A program made the translations under genes and the position numbers. A stretch of 61,715 bases of DNA, filler included, from Thermodesulfobacteriota bacterium (lineage in GTDB: Bacteria; DASVDK01), in NCBI GenBank assembly GCA_036381125.1. It is 6 parts of 6 records of this genome, joined end to end, with 100 filler letters (N's around TTAATTAATTAA, not from the genome) between each part and the next. Parts side by side here need not be neighbours in the genome. Positions count along the whole stretch, not along the records: positions 48,143 to 57,500 come from DASVDK010000247.1; positions 57,601 to 61,715 come from DASVDK010000249.1; 4 more parts are not named here. One strand, given 5' to 3'. Under the pieces are notes generated by a model. That model was given only the letters and a program-made list of their open reading frames with translations. It did no database searches and was not told the origin of the DNA. Shown piece by piece: positions 50,568-60,446 of this stretch (its first letter is position 1; every line of letters begins with the position of its first letter).

Positions 50568-51719
50568 GTGCCGCGAACGCTCGCGCCGGCGGCCGGTGTC
50601 CTCGTCCTCGTCGCCCTGGCGATCGTCCCGCTGCCGGCGGCCGCCGGCCACCGCGCCCTCTGCTTCACCGGCCCGCCGTCCGGCGCCGACTGCCTCGCGA
50701 AGCTGCTCGAGTACATGGATGCCGAGAACGCCGGCATCGACGTGATGATGTACCGGTGGTCGGACTGGCGCTACACCGACCGGCTCATCGCGAAGCACCG
50801 GGCCGGCAAACGGGTCCGCGTGATCATCGACCGGTCGCAGTACCTCGAGAACGCCAAGTTCCACGCGCAGGTCGACCGGCTCGCCGCGGCCGGCGTGCCG
50901 ATCCGCATCACGCGCCACCGGGGGGTGACCCACTCGAAGACGACCCTCCTGCGCGGCCAGGGTCGGCTGGTTCTCGCCGTCTACCACCCGGTCGGGGGGA
51001 TCCGGAACTGGGAGATGCACTTCGCCCTCCAGGACCCCGAGGCGCTCGGCCGGATGGTCGAGCGATTCGATCGCGCCTGGCACAACGTCGACCCGCAGGT
51101 CGGGACCTTCGCGCCGTTCTCCCGGGGCATGCGGCTCAGGACCGAGGCGGAGATGGCCGAGGCCCCCACCGCCTCCTGCTACGAGGACCCGGACCCCGAC
51201 CCCAACCCGCTCCCCGACGACGCCACGTACGACCTCTGCTTCTCGGGGGACGAGAACTGCCAGGCCTCCCAGCTCGCGCCGGCCATCGACGGCGAGGCCG
51301 ACCGCCTCGACGTGGCGATCTACGCCATGTCCTCCTCGTCGATGCGCGACGCGCTCGTCCGCTTCGCACGGAGCGGCCGGCCGCTCCGTCTGATCGTGGA
51401 CGGCGCTCGGGCACGCGAGCCGGCCATGCGCGGCACGCTCCGCGCCGTCCTGGCGGCCGGGCCCTCGGGCAACGTCCGGATCAAGGCCGACGTCGCCTCG
51501 ACGTCGATGCACCTCAAGATGGTCGTCGGCTCGACCTGGGTCGCGTTCGGCAGCTCGAACTATCGCGACGGCTCGACGACGCGCGTACGCGGCTGCCAGA
51601 GCCGGGACTACTCCGAGAACGACCTGATGCTCGTCCGTCACCGGGCCGTGCGCGACGAGGCGCGCGCCAGGTTCGATCGGCTCTGGTCGAGCCGGGACTT
51701 CGCCCCGTTCACGCCGTGA
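50568..51719 (+). CDS. Secreted phospholipase D-superfamily protein with two PLD-like domains
   Basis: AGGAG RBS, signal peptide, IDVMMY/LDVAIY, VRVIID, HSK and HLK...GSSN. Confidence 0.75.
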   Translation: MPRTLAPAAGVLVLVALAIVPLPAAAGHRALCFTGPPSGADCLAKLLEYMDAENAGIDVMMYRWSDWRYTDRLIAKHRAGKRVRVIIDRSQYLENAKFHAQVDRLAAAGVPIRITRHRGVTHSKTTLLRGQGRLVLAVYHPVGGIRNWEMHFALQDPEALGRMVERFDRAWHNVDPQVGTFAPFSRGMRLRTEAEMAEAPTASCYEDPDPDPNPLPDDATYDLCFSGDENCQASQLAPAIDGEADRLDVAIYAMSSSSMRDALVRFARSGRPLRLIVDGARAREPAMRGTLRAVLAAGPSGNVRIKADVASTSMHLKMVVGSTWVAFGSSNYRDGSTTRVRGCQSRDYSENDLMLVRHRAVRDEARARFDRLWSSRDFAPFTP

Positions 51720-51884
51720 GGCCGGGCGCCGCGACCCGACCTGTCCGACTGTGCGCCAGCCCACAGACCCGGCCGGAGAGAGCGGCGACAACGCCGCCGC
51801 GGGCGGACGAATTCGTCGCCGCGCTCGGCATCTGCGCGCCGCTCGATGGGGGACGCTGATCGGCCCTCGAGCACCACCCATCCC

Positions 51885-51912
51885 TTGACACCCGTCCGTC
51901 CCCCCCTACGAT
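51885..51912 (+). promoter_or_regulatory. Sigma-70 promoter
   Basis: TTGACA-N16-TACGAT. Confidence 0.6.
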
Positions 51913-51957
51913 GCGGAGCCAGGCGCCGGCACGAGCATCCCGGGGGCGAATCATCGC

Positions 51958-52272
51958 GTGAGCTACGACACGAGCCTCGAGCACCCTTCACGCGCGGCCC
52001 GGCGGCGTTCGTCGCGGGCCTCCGCCACGAGGCGATCCCGACGGCCGTCGTCGAGCGGGCGAAGCTCCTCGTCGTCGACCCGCTCGGCACCGTCTGCACG
52101 ACCGTCTCCCGATCGCGCGACACCGCTTCGATCTCGGGTGGCCGAGACGTTCGAGAAGCCGGCCGCGCGCACCCTGCCGCCGACACGGGCGGCTCGGCTG
52201 CGCGACGCGGCGCTCGGGCTCGAGCGCCTCGAGGACGCCGCGGAGGTCGCGCGGCTGCCGGTACTGGACTGA
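51958..52272 (+). pseudogene. MmgE/PrpD family remnant (frameshifts and large internal deletion)
   Basis: AAFVAGLRHEAIPTAVVERAKLLVVDPLG resembles the N-terminus; in another frame AARLRDAALGLERLEDAAEVARL resembles the C-terminus; only about 100 codons in total. Confidence 0.7.
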
Positions 52273-52283
52273 GGAGGCCGGAT

Positions 52284-53276
52284 ATGTCGAAGGGGATCGG
52301 TCGCGGGTACCGTGCGCTGGCGTGGGGCGTCGGCATGGCCCTGGGACTCCTCGTCGCGACCGCGGAAGCCTCGGCCGCGCGGGTGCTCGACACGTTGCGG
52401 ATCGTCGCCCCCGCGGCTCCGGGGGGCGGCTACGATCGCACCGCGCGGGCGATGCAGCAGGCGATCGAGGAGGCAAGGCTCGCCCGCAAGGTGCAGGTGA
52501 TCAACGTCCCGGGCGCCGCCGGGGCCATCGGGCTCGCGCAGTTCATCAAGAACGACCGCGGCCGCGGCGACGCGCTCATCGTCGGCGGGTTCGGGATGGT
52601 GGCCTCGTTCCTGACCAGCAAGTCGGTCGTCACGCTGAAGGACGTGACGCCGGTCGCCCGGCTCACCGGCGAGTTCCTGCTCGTGGTCGTTCCCGAGGCG
52701 TCGCGCTTCCGGACCCTCGCCGACCTCACCGCCGCGCTCAAGGCCGATCCGGGCGCCGTGTCGATCGCCGGCGGCCCGGCGGGCGGCACCGACCACATCG
52801 CCGCCGCGCTGCTCGCCGAGGCGGTCGGCGTCGGCGGCAACCGGGTGAACTACGTCGCCTTCTCGGGCGGCAGCGGCGACTCCATCGCCTCGCTCGTCGG
52901 CAACCAGGTGTCCGCCGGCTTCGGCGGGTACAGCGAGCTGATCGGCCACGTGCGGGCGGGCAAGCTCCGAGCGCTCGGCATCACCGCCGAGGCGCGGGTG
53001 CCCGGCCTCGACATCCCGACGCTGCGCGAGCAGGGGATCGACGTCACCCTCGTCAACTGGCGCGGCGTCTCCGCGCCGCCAGACCTCGAGCCCCGGCAGC
53101 GGCAGGCGTACCTCGACCTCGTCGACCGCATGGTGAAGTCGGACGCCTGGAAGGCCGAGCTCGCGAAGAACGGCTGGAGCGACCAGTACCTGTCCGGCGA
53201 CCGGTTCGTCGAGTACCTCGACGCCGAGCAGGCGCGCGTCGAGAAGGTGCTCCGCGGCCTGGGGCTCCTGAAGTAG
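52284..53276 (+). CDS. tctC: Orphan TctC/Bug substrate-binding protein
   Basis: GAGGAGG RBS; PAAPGGGYDRTAR, NVPGAAG, GGTDH, PTLREQG, NWRG. Confidence 0.9.
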   Translation: MSKGIGRGYRALAWGVGMALGLLVATAEASAARVLDTLRIVAPAAPGGGYDRTARAMQQAIEEARLARKVQVINVPGAAGAIGLAQFIKNDRGRGDALIVGGFGMVASFLTSKSVVTLKDVTPVARLTGEFLLVVVPEASRFRTLADLTAALKADPGAVSIAGGPAGGTDHIAAALLAEAVGVGGNRVNYVAFSGGSGDSIASLVGNQVSAGFGGYSELIGHVRAGKLRALGITAEARVPGLDIPTLREQGIDVTLVNWRGVSAPPDLEPRQRQAYLDLVDRMVKSDAWKAELAKNGWSDQYLSGDRFVEYLDAEQARVEKVLRGLGLLK

Positions 53277-53356
53277 CGGGCGCCGACCGGATGCGCCGGC
53301 GCCCGGCCTCCTCGCGCAGGCGCGGACCGGCCGGCGAGAGGACCGGTGGACGCGGC

Positions 53357-54046
53357 TCAGGCTCGCCAGCGGAGTCCGACCGCCTTCGTCAGGAACTCCA
53401 CCAGGGGGCTCGCCGTCCGGAACGCCCGGATGCAGCGGCCGAGGAATCCGGGGGCGAGCACCTCGTCGTCCGTGAAGCCGACCGACGTGTAGAAGTCCGT
53501 GAACATCAGGTCGTCGGCGAGCGGGTGGTCGGCGTCGTAGCCGCGGGGGACGCGGGAGAGGCGGTCGCCCTCGATCTCCCCGACTCGCCGCCGCACCGCC
53601 CTCCAGGCCGCCGGCCTGGCGACGATGGCGTCGCGCACCCGCCTGAGCGCCGCCGAGTCGGGGCGCCAGAGGCCGCCGCCGGCGAACGAGGCGCCCGGCT
53701 CGAGGTGGAGGTAGAAGCCCGGGGCGTGCACGTCCTTGCCGGCATCGCGATGGGGGAAGTGGGCTGCCGCGTGCGTCTTGTACGGGGACTTGTCGGCCGA
53801 GAAGCGGGTGTCGCGGTAGATGCGGAACATGGAGCCGCCGACCGGCCGCGGGTCGGCGAGGAAGCACGGGCTGATCCCCTTGAGCCCGGGCCCCAGGTCG
53901 GCGATGAAGGCGAGCATCGGCTCGCGCACCTCCGCCTCGTAGCGGGCGCGCCGCGCGTCGAACCAGGCGCGGTCGTTGTGGCGCTCGAGCTGGGCGAGGA
54001 AGGCGAAGAGACCGGGGCCGAAGTGGGCGCGACGCGCAGGCGTCAT
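53357..54046 (-). CDS. DUF2461 family protein
   Basis: NDRAWF, FRIYRDTRFSADKSPYK, GFYLHLEPG, PRGYDADHP. Confidence 0.9.
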   Translation of the reverse strand: MTPARRAHFGPGLFAFLAQLERHNDRAWFDARRARYEAEVREPMLAFIADLGPGLKGISPCFLADPRPVGGSMFRIYRDTRFSADKSPYKTHAAAHFPHRDAGKDVHAPGFYLHLEPGASFAGGGLWRPDSAALRRVRDAIVARPAAWRAVRRRVGEIEGDRLSRVPRGYDADHPLADDLMFTDFYTSVGFTDDEVLAPGFLGRCIRAFRTASPLVEFLTKAVGLRWRA

Positions 54047-54102
54047 GGAGGCAGTGTAGCGCGGCTGGCGGAGCGCTCGCGCCCGCGGTACGACGAGCGG
54101 CC

Positions 54103-54975
54103 GTGACGATCGGGATGCTCTACGCACTCGGGGCGGCGCTCGCCTGGGCCGGCGTCGGGCTCGTCGCGCGGGCCATGCCGCCGCGGGCCTCCACGCTGGG
54201 CGTCAATGCCGTCCGGCTCGCGGCGGCCGGCGCCCTCCTCCTCCTCACCACCCTCGCCGTTCAGGGCCCCGCCGCCTTCGCGCGCCTCACCCGGGCCGAC
54301 CTCGTCCTCGTCGGCCTCTCGCTCCTCTCCGGCAACGCCGTCGGGGACACGGCGTTCTTCGGCGCGACCCGCCGGCTCGGCCTCGCGCGTGCGATGGCGC
54401 TCTGCATGAGCTACCCGATCGTCGCGGCCGTCCTGGCCTGGCTCGCCCTCGGCGAGCCGCTCACGCCCGGCCTGGCGGCGGGCGCGCTGCTCACGGTGAC
54501 GGGCGTCGCGGTGATCGTGCTCTCGGAGAGTCGGGCGGAGGGGGACCCGGCACGCTTCCGCGCGGGGGTCGGGCTGGCGTGCCTGGTGATGGTCTCCTGG
54601 GCGCTCTCGTCGGTCCTCCTCAAGCCGGCGCTCGTCCGCGTGGACCCGGTGACGGCGCAGGGCATGCGCCTCGCGACGGCGGGGACGGTGCTGTTCGGCG
54701 TGCTGGCGGCCCAGGGGCGGGTGCGCAAGGCGTTGGGGGCGCTCGCCGGCTACCGCGGGCGGGTGGCGGTCGTCGCGCTGCTGTCGGCCCTCACCGGCGC
54801 GCTCTTCACCGCGGGGCTGCACCATGCCGGCGTCGGGCCGGCCACGGTCCTCTTCGCCACCTCCCCGCTCTTCGGCGTCCCGCTCGCCTGGCTCGTCCTC
54901 GGCGAGCGGCCGTCGCCGCGCACCCTCGCGGGCTGCGCCCTCACGGTTGCCGGGGTGGCGATCCTCGACTCGTAG
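54103..54975 (+). CDS. DMT/EamA family transporter
   Basis: Two EamA repeats (LGEP, LGER), about 10 TM segments. Confidence 0.85.
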   Translation: MTIGMLYALGAALAWAGVGLVARAMPPRASTLGVNAVRLAAAGALLLLTTLAVQGPAAFARLTRADLVLVGLSLLSGNAVGDTAFFGATRRLGLARAMALCMSYPIVAAVLAWLALGEPLTPGLAAGALLTVTGVAVIVLSESRAEGDPARFRAGVGLACLVMVSWALSSVLLKPALVRVDPVTAQGMRLATAGTVLFGVLAAQGRVRKALGALAGYRGRVAVVALLSALTGALFTAGLHHAGVGPATVLFATSPLFGVPLAWLVLGERPSPRTLAGCALTVAGVAILDS

Positions 54976-54981
54976 GCGGGG

Positions 54982-55527
54982 CTACATCATCCCCAGCTCG
55001 AGCCGGGCCGCCTCGGACATCCGCCCCGGGTGCCAGGCCGGCTCGAGGACCACGTTGACCTCGGTCTCGGCCACGCCCGGCAGCGACGCGACCTTCTGCC
55101 GGACGTCGTTCTCGAGCACCGGGCCCATGCCGCAGCCGGGCGCGGTGAGGGTGATGTCGATCTCGACGCGGCTGCCCCCCTCGACCGGCTTGATGTCGCA
55201 CCGGTAGACGAGCCCCAGCTCGACGATGTTGACCGGGATCTCGGGGTCGTAGCAGGTGGCGAGCTGCTCCCAGACGGCCGCCTCGAGGTCCTCGCCCCGA
55301 AGCGGCGGCAGGTCGGCGCGCGCCGCGGCCGCCGACTTGCCGAGCGCATCGGCGTCCTTCGCGTCGATGCGGACCATGTAGCCGAAGTCGGTCTGCACGG
55401 TGTACGTGCCACCGAGCGACTGGAGCAGCGTGACGCCGGTGCCGGCCGGGATCGTGACCGGCGTGCCGGCCGGGATCTCGATGGCTTCGACGTCGCGCGA
55501 GAGCGTGATGCGTTCGTAGGTCGCCAT
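54982..55527 (-). CDS. sufT: Fe-S cluster assembly protein SufT (DUF59)
   Basis: CYDPEIPVNIVELGLVY, TLTAPGCGMG, MSEAARLELG. Confidence 0.9.
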   Translation of the reverse strand: MATYERITLSRDVEAIEIPAGTPVTIPAGTGVTLLQSLGGTYTVQTDFGYMVRIDAKDADALGKSAAAARADLPPLRGEDLEAAVWEQLATCYDPEIPVNIVELGLVYRCDIKPVEGGSRVEIDITLTAPGCGMGPVLENDVRQKVASLPGVAETEVNVVLEPAWHPGRMSEAARLELGMM

Positions 55528-55534
55528 GTGGGAG

Positions 55535-55987
55535 TCACTCCGTGGAGACCGGCCCGTCCGACTTCCCCTCGAGCGCGGCGTGCAGCGTGTGCCAGGGGAG
55601 GCTCGCACACTTGACCCGCATGGGGAACTCGGACACGCCGGCGAAGACCGCGAGCTTGCCGAGGAGCGCCTCGTCGGGCTCTCCCTCGCCGGTGACCAAT
55701 CCGTGGAAGCTCGCGAAGAGACGCTGCACCTCGCCGCGGGTCTTGCCCTTCACGGCCGCGGTCATCATCGAGGCCGAGGCGGTCGAGATGGCGCAGCCGC
55801 TCCCCTGGAAACCGGCGTCGCGGATGACGTCGCCCTCCACGTCCAGGTAGAGCGTGATCTGGTCGCCGCAGAGGGGGTTGTACCCCTCGGCCGCCGCGAC
55901 CCGCGGGCCCTCGAGCTTCGAGAAGTTCCTCGGCCTCTTGCCGTGGTCGAGGATGATCTCCTGGTAGAGATCGCGCAGGTCGTCCAT
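55535..55987 (-). CDS. sufU: SUF system NifU-family protein
   Basis: LYQEIILDH, NPLCGD, GCAISTAS, RVKCA. Confidence 0.95.
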   Translation of the reverse strand: MDDLRDLYQEIILDHGKRPRNFSKLEGPRVAAAEGYNPLCGDQITLYLDVEGDVIRDAGFQGSGCAISTASASMMTAAVKGKTRGEVQRLFASFHGLVTGEGEPDEALLGKLAVFAGVSEFPMRVKCASLPWHTLHAALEGKSDGPVSTE

Positions 55988-55989
55988 GG

Positions 55990-57243
55990 TCAGGCGAAGA
56001 CCTTGCGCACCTTCTCGAGGCCGACGACCAGCGCGTCGACCTCCTCGCGCGTGTTGTAGAGGGCGAACGACGCGCGGGCGGTTGCCGGGATGCCGAAGCG
56101 CTGCATCACCGGCTGGGCGCAGTGGTGCCCGGTCCGGATGGCGATCCCCTCGCGGTCGAGGATGGTGCCGATGTCGTGCGGGTGCGCCCCGTCGAGGACG
56201 AAGGAGAGGACGCTCGCCTTCTCCCGCGCCGTGCCGATGATTCGCAGGCCGGGCACCTCCTGCACCGCCTCGGTGGCGTAGGCGAGGAGGTCGGCCTCGT
56301 GCCTGGCGATGGCCGCGAGCCCCACCGACTGGACGTAGTCGATGGCGACGCCGAGCGCGATGCCGCCGGCGATGTTCGGCGTGCCGGCCTCGAACCTGGC
56401 CGGCAGCGGCGCGTAGGTGGTCTTCTCGAAGGTGACGCTCCGGATCATGTCGCCGCCCCCCTGGTAGGGCGGCATGGCCTCGAGGAGCGCCTGCTTCCCG
56501 TAGAGGACGCCGACGCCGGTCGGGCCGTAGAGCTTGTGGCTCGAGAAGACCAGGAAGTCGCAGTCGAGCGCCTGCACGTCGACCGCGAGGTGCTGCACCG
56601 CCTGCGCCGCGTCGAGGAGCACCGGCACGCCCTGCGCGTGCGCGATGGCGATGATCCGGTCGACCGGGTTCACCGTGCCGAGCGCGTTCGACACGTAGGC
56701 GACCGCCACGATCCGCGTCCGCGGCGAGAGGAGCCGCTCGTACTCGTCGAGCAGGAGCTCCCCGGCGTCGTTCATCGGGATCACCCGCAGGACGGCCCCC
56801 TTCTCCTCGCAGAGCATCTGCCAGGGGACGATGTCGGAGTGGTGCTCCATGGCGGAGATGACGATCTCGTCGCCCGCCCGGACGTGGCGGCGGCCGTACG
56901 CGGCGGCGACGAGGTTGATCCCCTCGGTGGCGCTCCGGGTGAAGACGATCTCCTTCTCGCTGCGCGCGTTCAGGAAGCGCTGGACCTTCACCCGCGCCGC
57001 CTCGTACCCCTCGGTGGCGCGCTGCGAGAGGAGGTGCACGCCCCGGTGGATGTTGGCGTTGTCCTGCTCGTAGAACCGGCGCTCCGCCTCGATGACCGCG
57101 CGCGGCTTCTGGGCCGTCGCGGCGTTGTCGAGGTAGACGAGCGGCCTGCCGTGCACGGTCTCGGCGAGGATCGGGAAGTCGGCCCTGAGGCGCCGGACGT
57201 CGTACGGGGCGGCGGCCTCGACCGCGTGCTTCGGAGCGCGCAT
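55990..57243 (-). CDS. sufS: Cysteine desulfurase
   Basis: YLDNAAT, SSHK, FEAGTP, RTGHHCA. Confidence 0.96.
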   Translation of the reverse strand: MRAPKHAVEAAAPYDVRRLRADFPILAETVHGRPLVYLDNAATAQKPRAVIEAERRFYEQDNANIHRGVHLLSQRATEGYEAARVKVQRFLNARSEKEIVFTRSATEGINLVAAAYGRRHVRAGDEIVISAMEHHSDIVPWQMLCEEKGAVLRVIPMNDAGELLLDEYERLLSPRTRIVAVAYVSNALGTVNPVDRIIAIAHAQGVPVLLDAAQAVQHLAVDVQALDCDFLVFSSHKLYGPTGVGVLYGKQALLEAMPPYQGGGDMIRSVTFEKTTYAPLPARFEAGTPNIAGGIALGVAIDYVQSVGLAAIARHEADLLAYATEAVQEVPGLRIIGTAREKASVLSFVLDGAHPHDIGTILDREGIAIRTGHHCAQPVMQRFGIPATARASFALYNTREEVDALVVGLEKVRKVFA

Positions 57244-57247
57244 GCAG

Positions 57248-57500
57248 CTACTCCCTGGTGCGCCCGGCCGGCAGCCGGGTGAGGATCACGTCGTCGAGCA
57301 GCTCCCGCAGCGCAGGCACCCTGACCCGTTCGACGACGTCGGCCGCGAATGCGTGCATGAGGATCCCCCGGGCGGCCGCCTCGGGGATCCCCCGGGTGCG
57401 GAGGTAGAAGAGCTGATCCGCCTCGAGCTGGCCCAGCGTGGCCCCGTGGGTGCACTTCACGTCGTTCGCGAAGATCTCGAGCTCGGGGCGCGTGTCGACG
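57248..57500 (-). CDS. sufD: SufD C-terminus, 5' partial
   Basis: PELEIFANDVKCTHGAT, LFYLRTRGI. Confidence 0.9.
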
Positions 57501-57600
57501 NNNNNNNNNNNNNNNNNNNNNNNNNNNNNNNNNNNNNNNNNNNNTTAATTAATTAANNNNNNNNNNNNNNNNNNNNNNNNNNNNNNNNNNNNNNNNNNNN
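57501..57600. other. Artificial contig linker
   Basis: N-run with TTAATTAATTAA. Confidence 0.98.
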
Positions 57601-57731
57601 GGGTTGAGGAGCGTCCAGGCGTACCCGAGCACCGAGCCGCGGTACCGGGCCTTGACGTCGCGCCAGACGAGGCTCGCGACGAGCGCCCGGTGGCGGTAGA
57701 GTTCGGCGAAGTGCTCGAGGACAGGCCTCAC
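57601..57731 (-). CDS. wzm: Polysaccharide ABC transporter permease, 3' partial
   Basis: LVWRDVKARYRGSVLGYAWTLLN. Confidence 0.85.
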
Positions 57732-57789
57732 GCGTCGTGTCCCAGGTGGTGGCGGCGGCCGGGCCGTCGCCGGCCCGAAAGGCCGGCGT

Positions 57790-57857
57790 ATTCTACGTAT
57801 CCGAGCGGGCTTGTCAAATCGAAAGCCTTTGACACCCGGCCCGAAAACCGGTATATC
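57790..57857. promoter_or_regulatory. Back-to-back sigma-70 promoters
   Basis: Minus strand TTGACA-N16-TAGAAT (57817-57790); plus strand TTGACA-N17-TATATC (57829-57857). Confidence 0.6.
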
Positions 57858-57867
57858 GCCCCCGCCC

Positions 57868-59280
57868 ATGATCCTCGTCCTCGGCGCCGGGCTCACCGGC
57901 CTCTCCACCGCCTATCACCTCGGTGACCGCCCGGGAGGCGCCCCGCCCTACCGGCTCGTCGAGCGGGACGCGGAGCCGGGCGGGCTCGCCCGCTCCGTGG
58001 ACGCGGACGGCTTCGTCTTCGACTTCACGGGCCACCTCCTCCACCTGCGCGACGACGGGATCAGGGCGCTCGTCGCGCGGCTCGTCCCGGACGGCTTCGA
58101 GCGGCACGCGCGGCGCGCGTTCGTCTTCTCGAAGGGCGTGCTGACGCCCTATCCCTTCCAGGCGAACACGTACGGCCTGCCGGCCGACGTGGTCCGGGAG
58201 TGCGTCGAGGGGTTCGTCCAGACCCTCATCGAGGAGGCGCGATACGGGAAGGCGGGGGCGGGCGGGCGAGCCCGGGCGGGCGCCTCTCGAGCCGAGGCGG
58301 GCGCGACGGCGCCGGTAGCCGGCTCGGCCCGGGCGGCCGATGCCTCGCCTTCGTTCCACGACTGGGTCCTGCGGACGTTCGGCGCCGGCATCGCGCGGCA
58401 CTTCATGTTCCCCTACAACGAGAAGCTCTGGCAGCGCGACCTGCGCGAGGTGACGACCGACTGGGTGGCCTGGTCGATCCCGAAGCCGGCGCTGCGCGAC
58501 GTGCTCGCGGGCGCGCTCGGCCGCAGCGAGACCGCCTTCGGCTACAACCCGCAGTTCCTCTACCCGCGCGCCGACGGCATCCGGCTGCTGCCGAGGGCCT
58601 TCCTGCCGCACGTCCGGCCGCCGGAACTCGGCAAGCGCGCCGTCGCCGTCGACCTGGTCCGGCGCACGGTGCGGTTCGCGGACGGCGAGACGGCCGGCTA
58701 CCGGACGCTGGTCTCGACGATCCCGCTGCCCGAGCTGATCGCGATGGCGGCGCCGGTGCCCGACGCGCTGCGCGACGCGGCGAGCCGGCTCGACTACGTC
58801 TCGGTCTGCAACGCGAACGTCGGGCTCGAGGGGGCGTCGGTGCCCGACGCGCACTGGATCTACTTCCCGGAGCCGGCGTTCCCCTTCTATCGCATGGGGA
58901 TCCCGTCGAACCTGTCGCGCGGCATCGTGCCTCCGGGCGCCGTCGCCCTCTCCTTCGAGGCGTCCTACCGGCGCGGCCGCGCGCCGGGGGCCGACTTCGA
59001 AGAGGCCGCGCTCGCGGCGGCCGAGGCGGCCGGCCTCGTCCGTGGGCCGTACCGCCGGCTCACCGGCCGCACGCTCCACATCGAGTACGGCTACGTCGTC
59101 TTCGACGAGCACCGGCGCCGGCACCTTCCGGCGCTCCTGGAGTTCCTGTCGGCCCACGGGGTCGTCTCGACCGGCCGTTACGGCGCCTGGGAGTACTCGT
59201 CGATGGAGGACGCCATCCGGCACGGCCGCGAGGCGGCGGCCGTCGCGGCCGCGGGCGGTCCTGCCGCGGCGCGTCGATGA
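57868..59280 (+). CDS. FAD-dependent oxidoreductase (protoporphyrinogen oxidase/UDP-galactopyranose mutase-like)
   Basis: LGAGLTG, GGLARS, FDFTGH, PYNEKLW, GRYGAWEY. Confidence 0.82.
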   Translation: MILVLGAGLTGLSTAYHLGDRPGGAPPYRLVERDAEPGGLARSVDADGFVFDFTGHLLHLRDDGIRALVARLVPDGFERHARRAFVFSKGVLTPYPFQANTYGLPADVVRECVEGFVQTLIEEARYGKAGAGGRARAGASRAEAGATAPVAGSARAADASPSFHDWVLRTFGAGIARHFMFPYNEKLWQRDLREVTTDWVAWSIPKPALRDVLAGALGRSETAFGYNPQFLYPRADGIRLLPRAFLPHVRPPELGKRAVAVDLVRRTVRFADGETAGYRTLVSTIPLPELIAMAAPVPDALRDAASRLDYVSVCNANVGLEGASVPDAHWIYFPEPAFPFYRMGIPSNLSRGIVPPGAVALSFEASYRRGRAPGADFEEAALAAAEAAGLVRGPYRRLTGRTLHIEYGYVVFDEHRRRHLPALLEFLSAHGVVSTGRYGAWEYSSMEDAIRHGREAAAVAAAGGPAAARR

Positions 59281-60446
59281 TCCGGGTGGTGCAGGTCATC
59301 ACGAAGCTCGAGCTGGGCGGCGCCCAGCAGCTCTGCCTCGAGCTCTGCCGGCGGCTCGATCGCCGCCGGTTCGAGGTGGTGCTCGTGAGCGGCGCGGAGG
59401 GGGAGCTGGTGGCGGAGGCGCGTCGGCTCCCGGACGTCCGCTTCGAGGCGGTACGGCCGCTCGTCCGCGAGGTGTCGCCGGCCGCCGACGCCGCGGCGCT
59501 CGCGGCGCTCGTCCGGCTCCTCCGCCGCGAGCGGCGGACGGCGCGCGGCCCGCTCGTCGTGCACACCCACTCGTCGAAGGCCGGCGTGCTCGGCCGGCTC
59601 GCGGCGCGCCTGGCGGGCGTGCGGCACGTGGTGCACACGATCCACGGGTACGCCTTCCACGCCGGGCAGCCGCCGGCGGTGCGCCGCCTCTACCAGGCGA
59701 TCGAGCGCGTCGCGTCCCGTTGGGCCGACGCGCTGGTCGCGGTGGCCGAGGAGAACCGCCGCACCGGGATCGCGCTGGGCCTCTTCCGGCCCGAGCGGTG
59801 CGAGGTGATCCCCGGCGGGATCGACGTGGCGGCGTTCAGTCGGCCGCCCGAGGCGCGAGAGCGCGCCCGGGCGGCGCTCGGCCTGCCGGCCGGAAGCGGG
59901 GTGGTGGGGATGGTGGCCTGCCTCAAGCCGCAGAAGGCGCCGGAGGACTTCGTCGCCGTGGCGGCGCGCGTGCGCGCCGCCGTGCCCGGGACCCGGTTCC
60001 TCATCGCGGGCGACGGCGAGCGGCGCGCGGCCGTGGAGGCGGCGGCGCGGGCGGCCGGGCTCGACGGCGACCTCAGGCTCCTCGGCTGGCGCCGCGACGT
60101 GCCGGACATCCTCGCCGCGCTCGACGTGCTGGTCCTCACGTCCCGCTGGGAGGGGCTGCCGCTGGTCTTCCCGCAGGCGATGGCCGCGGGGCGGCCGGTC
60201 GTGGCGACCAACGTGAACGGCGCGCCCGAGGCGGTGCGCGAGGGCGTCACCGGACACCTCGTCCCGCCGGGCGACGTGGAGGCGCTCGCCGACCGGGTGA
60301 TCGACCTCTTGCGGAACCCCGACCGTCGCCGGGCGATGGGCGAGGCGGCCCGCTCGGCCGCCGCCGCGTTCGACGTCGGCGCGATGACGCGCCGCCACGA
60401 GGCGCTCTACGAGCGGCTCGTGGCGCGCGAACGGGGGGCGGCGTGA
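59277..60446 (+). CDS. Glycosyltransferase family 4
   Basis: GGAQ, HTHSSKAG, KPQK, SRWEGLP; Gln (QAMAAG) at the second Glu of EX7E. Confidence 0.92.
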   Translation: MIRVVQVITKLELGGAQQLCLELCRRLDRRRFEVVLVSGAEGELVAEARRLPDVRFEAVRPLVREVSPAADAAALAALVRLLRRERRTARGPLVVHTHSSKAGVLGRLAARLAGVRHVVHTIHGYAFHAGQPPAVRRLYQAIERVASRWADALVAVAEENRRTGIALGLFRPERCEVIPGGIDVAAFSRPPEARERARAALGLPAGSGVVGMVACLKPQKAPEDFVAVAARVRAAVPGTRFLIAGDGERRAAVEAAARAAGLDGDLRLLGWRRDVPDILAALDVLVLTSRWEGLPLVFPQAMAAGRPVVATNVNGAPEAVREGVTGHLVPPGDVEALADRVIDLLRNPDRRRAMGEAARSAAAAFDVGAMTRRHEALYERLVARERGAA

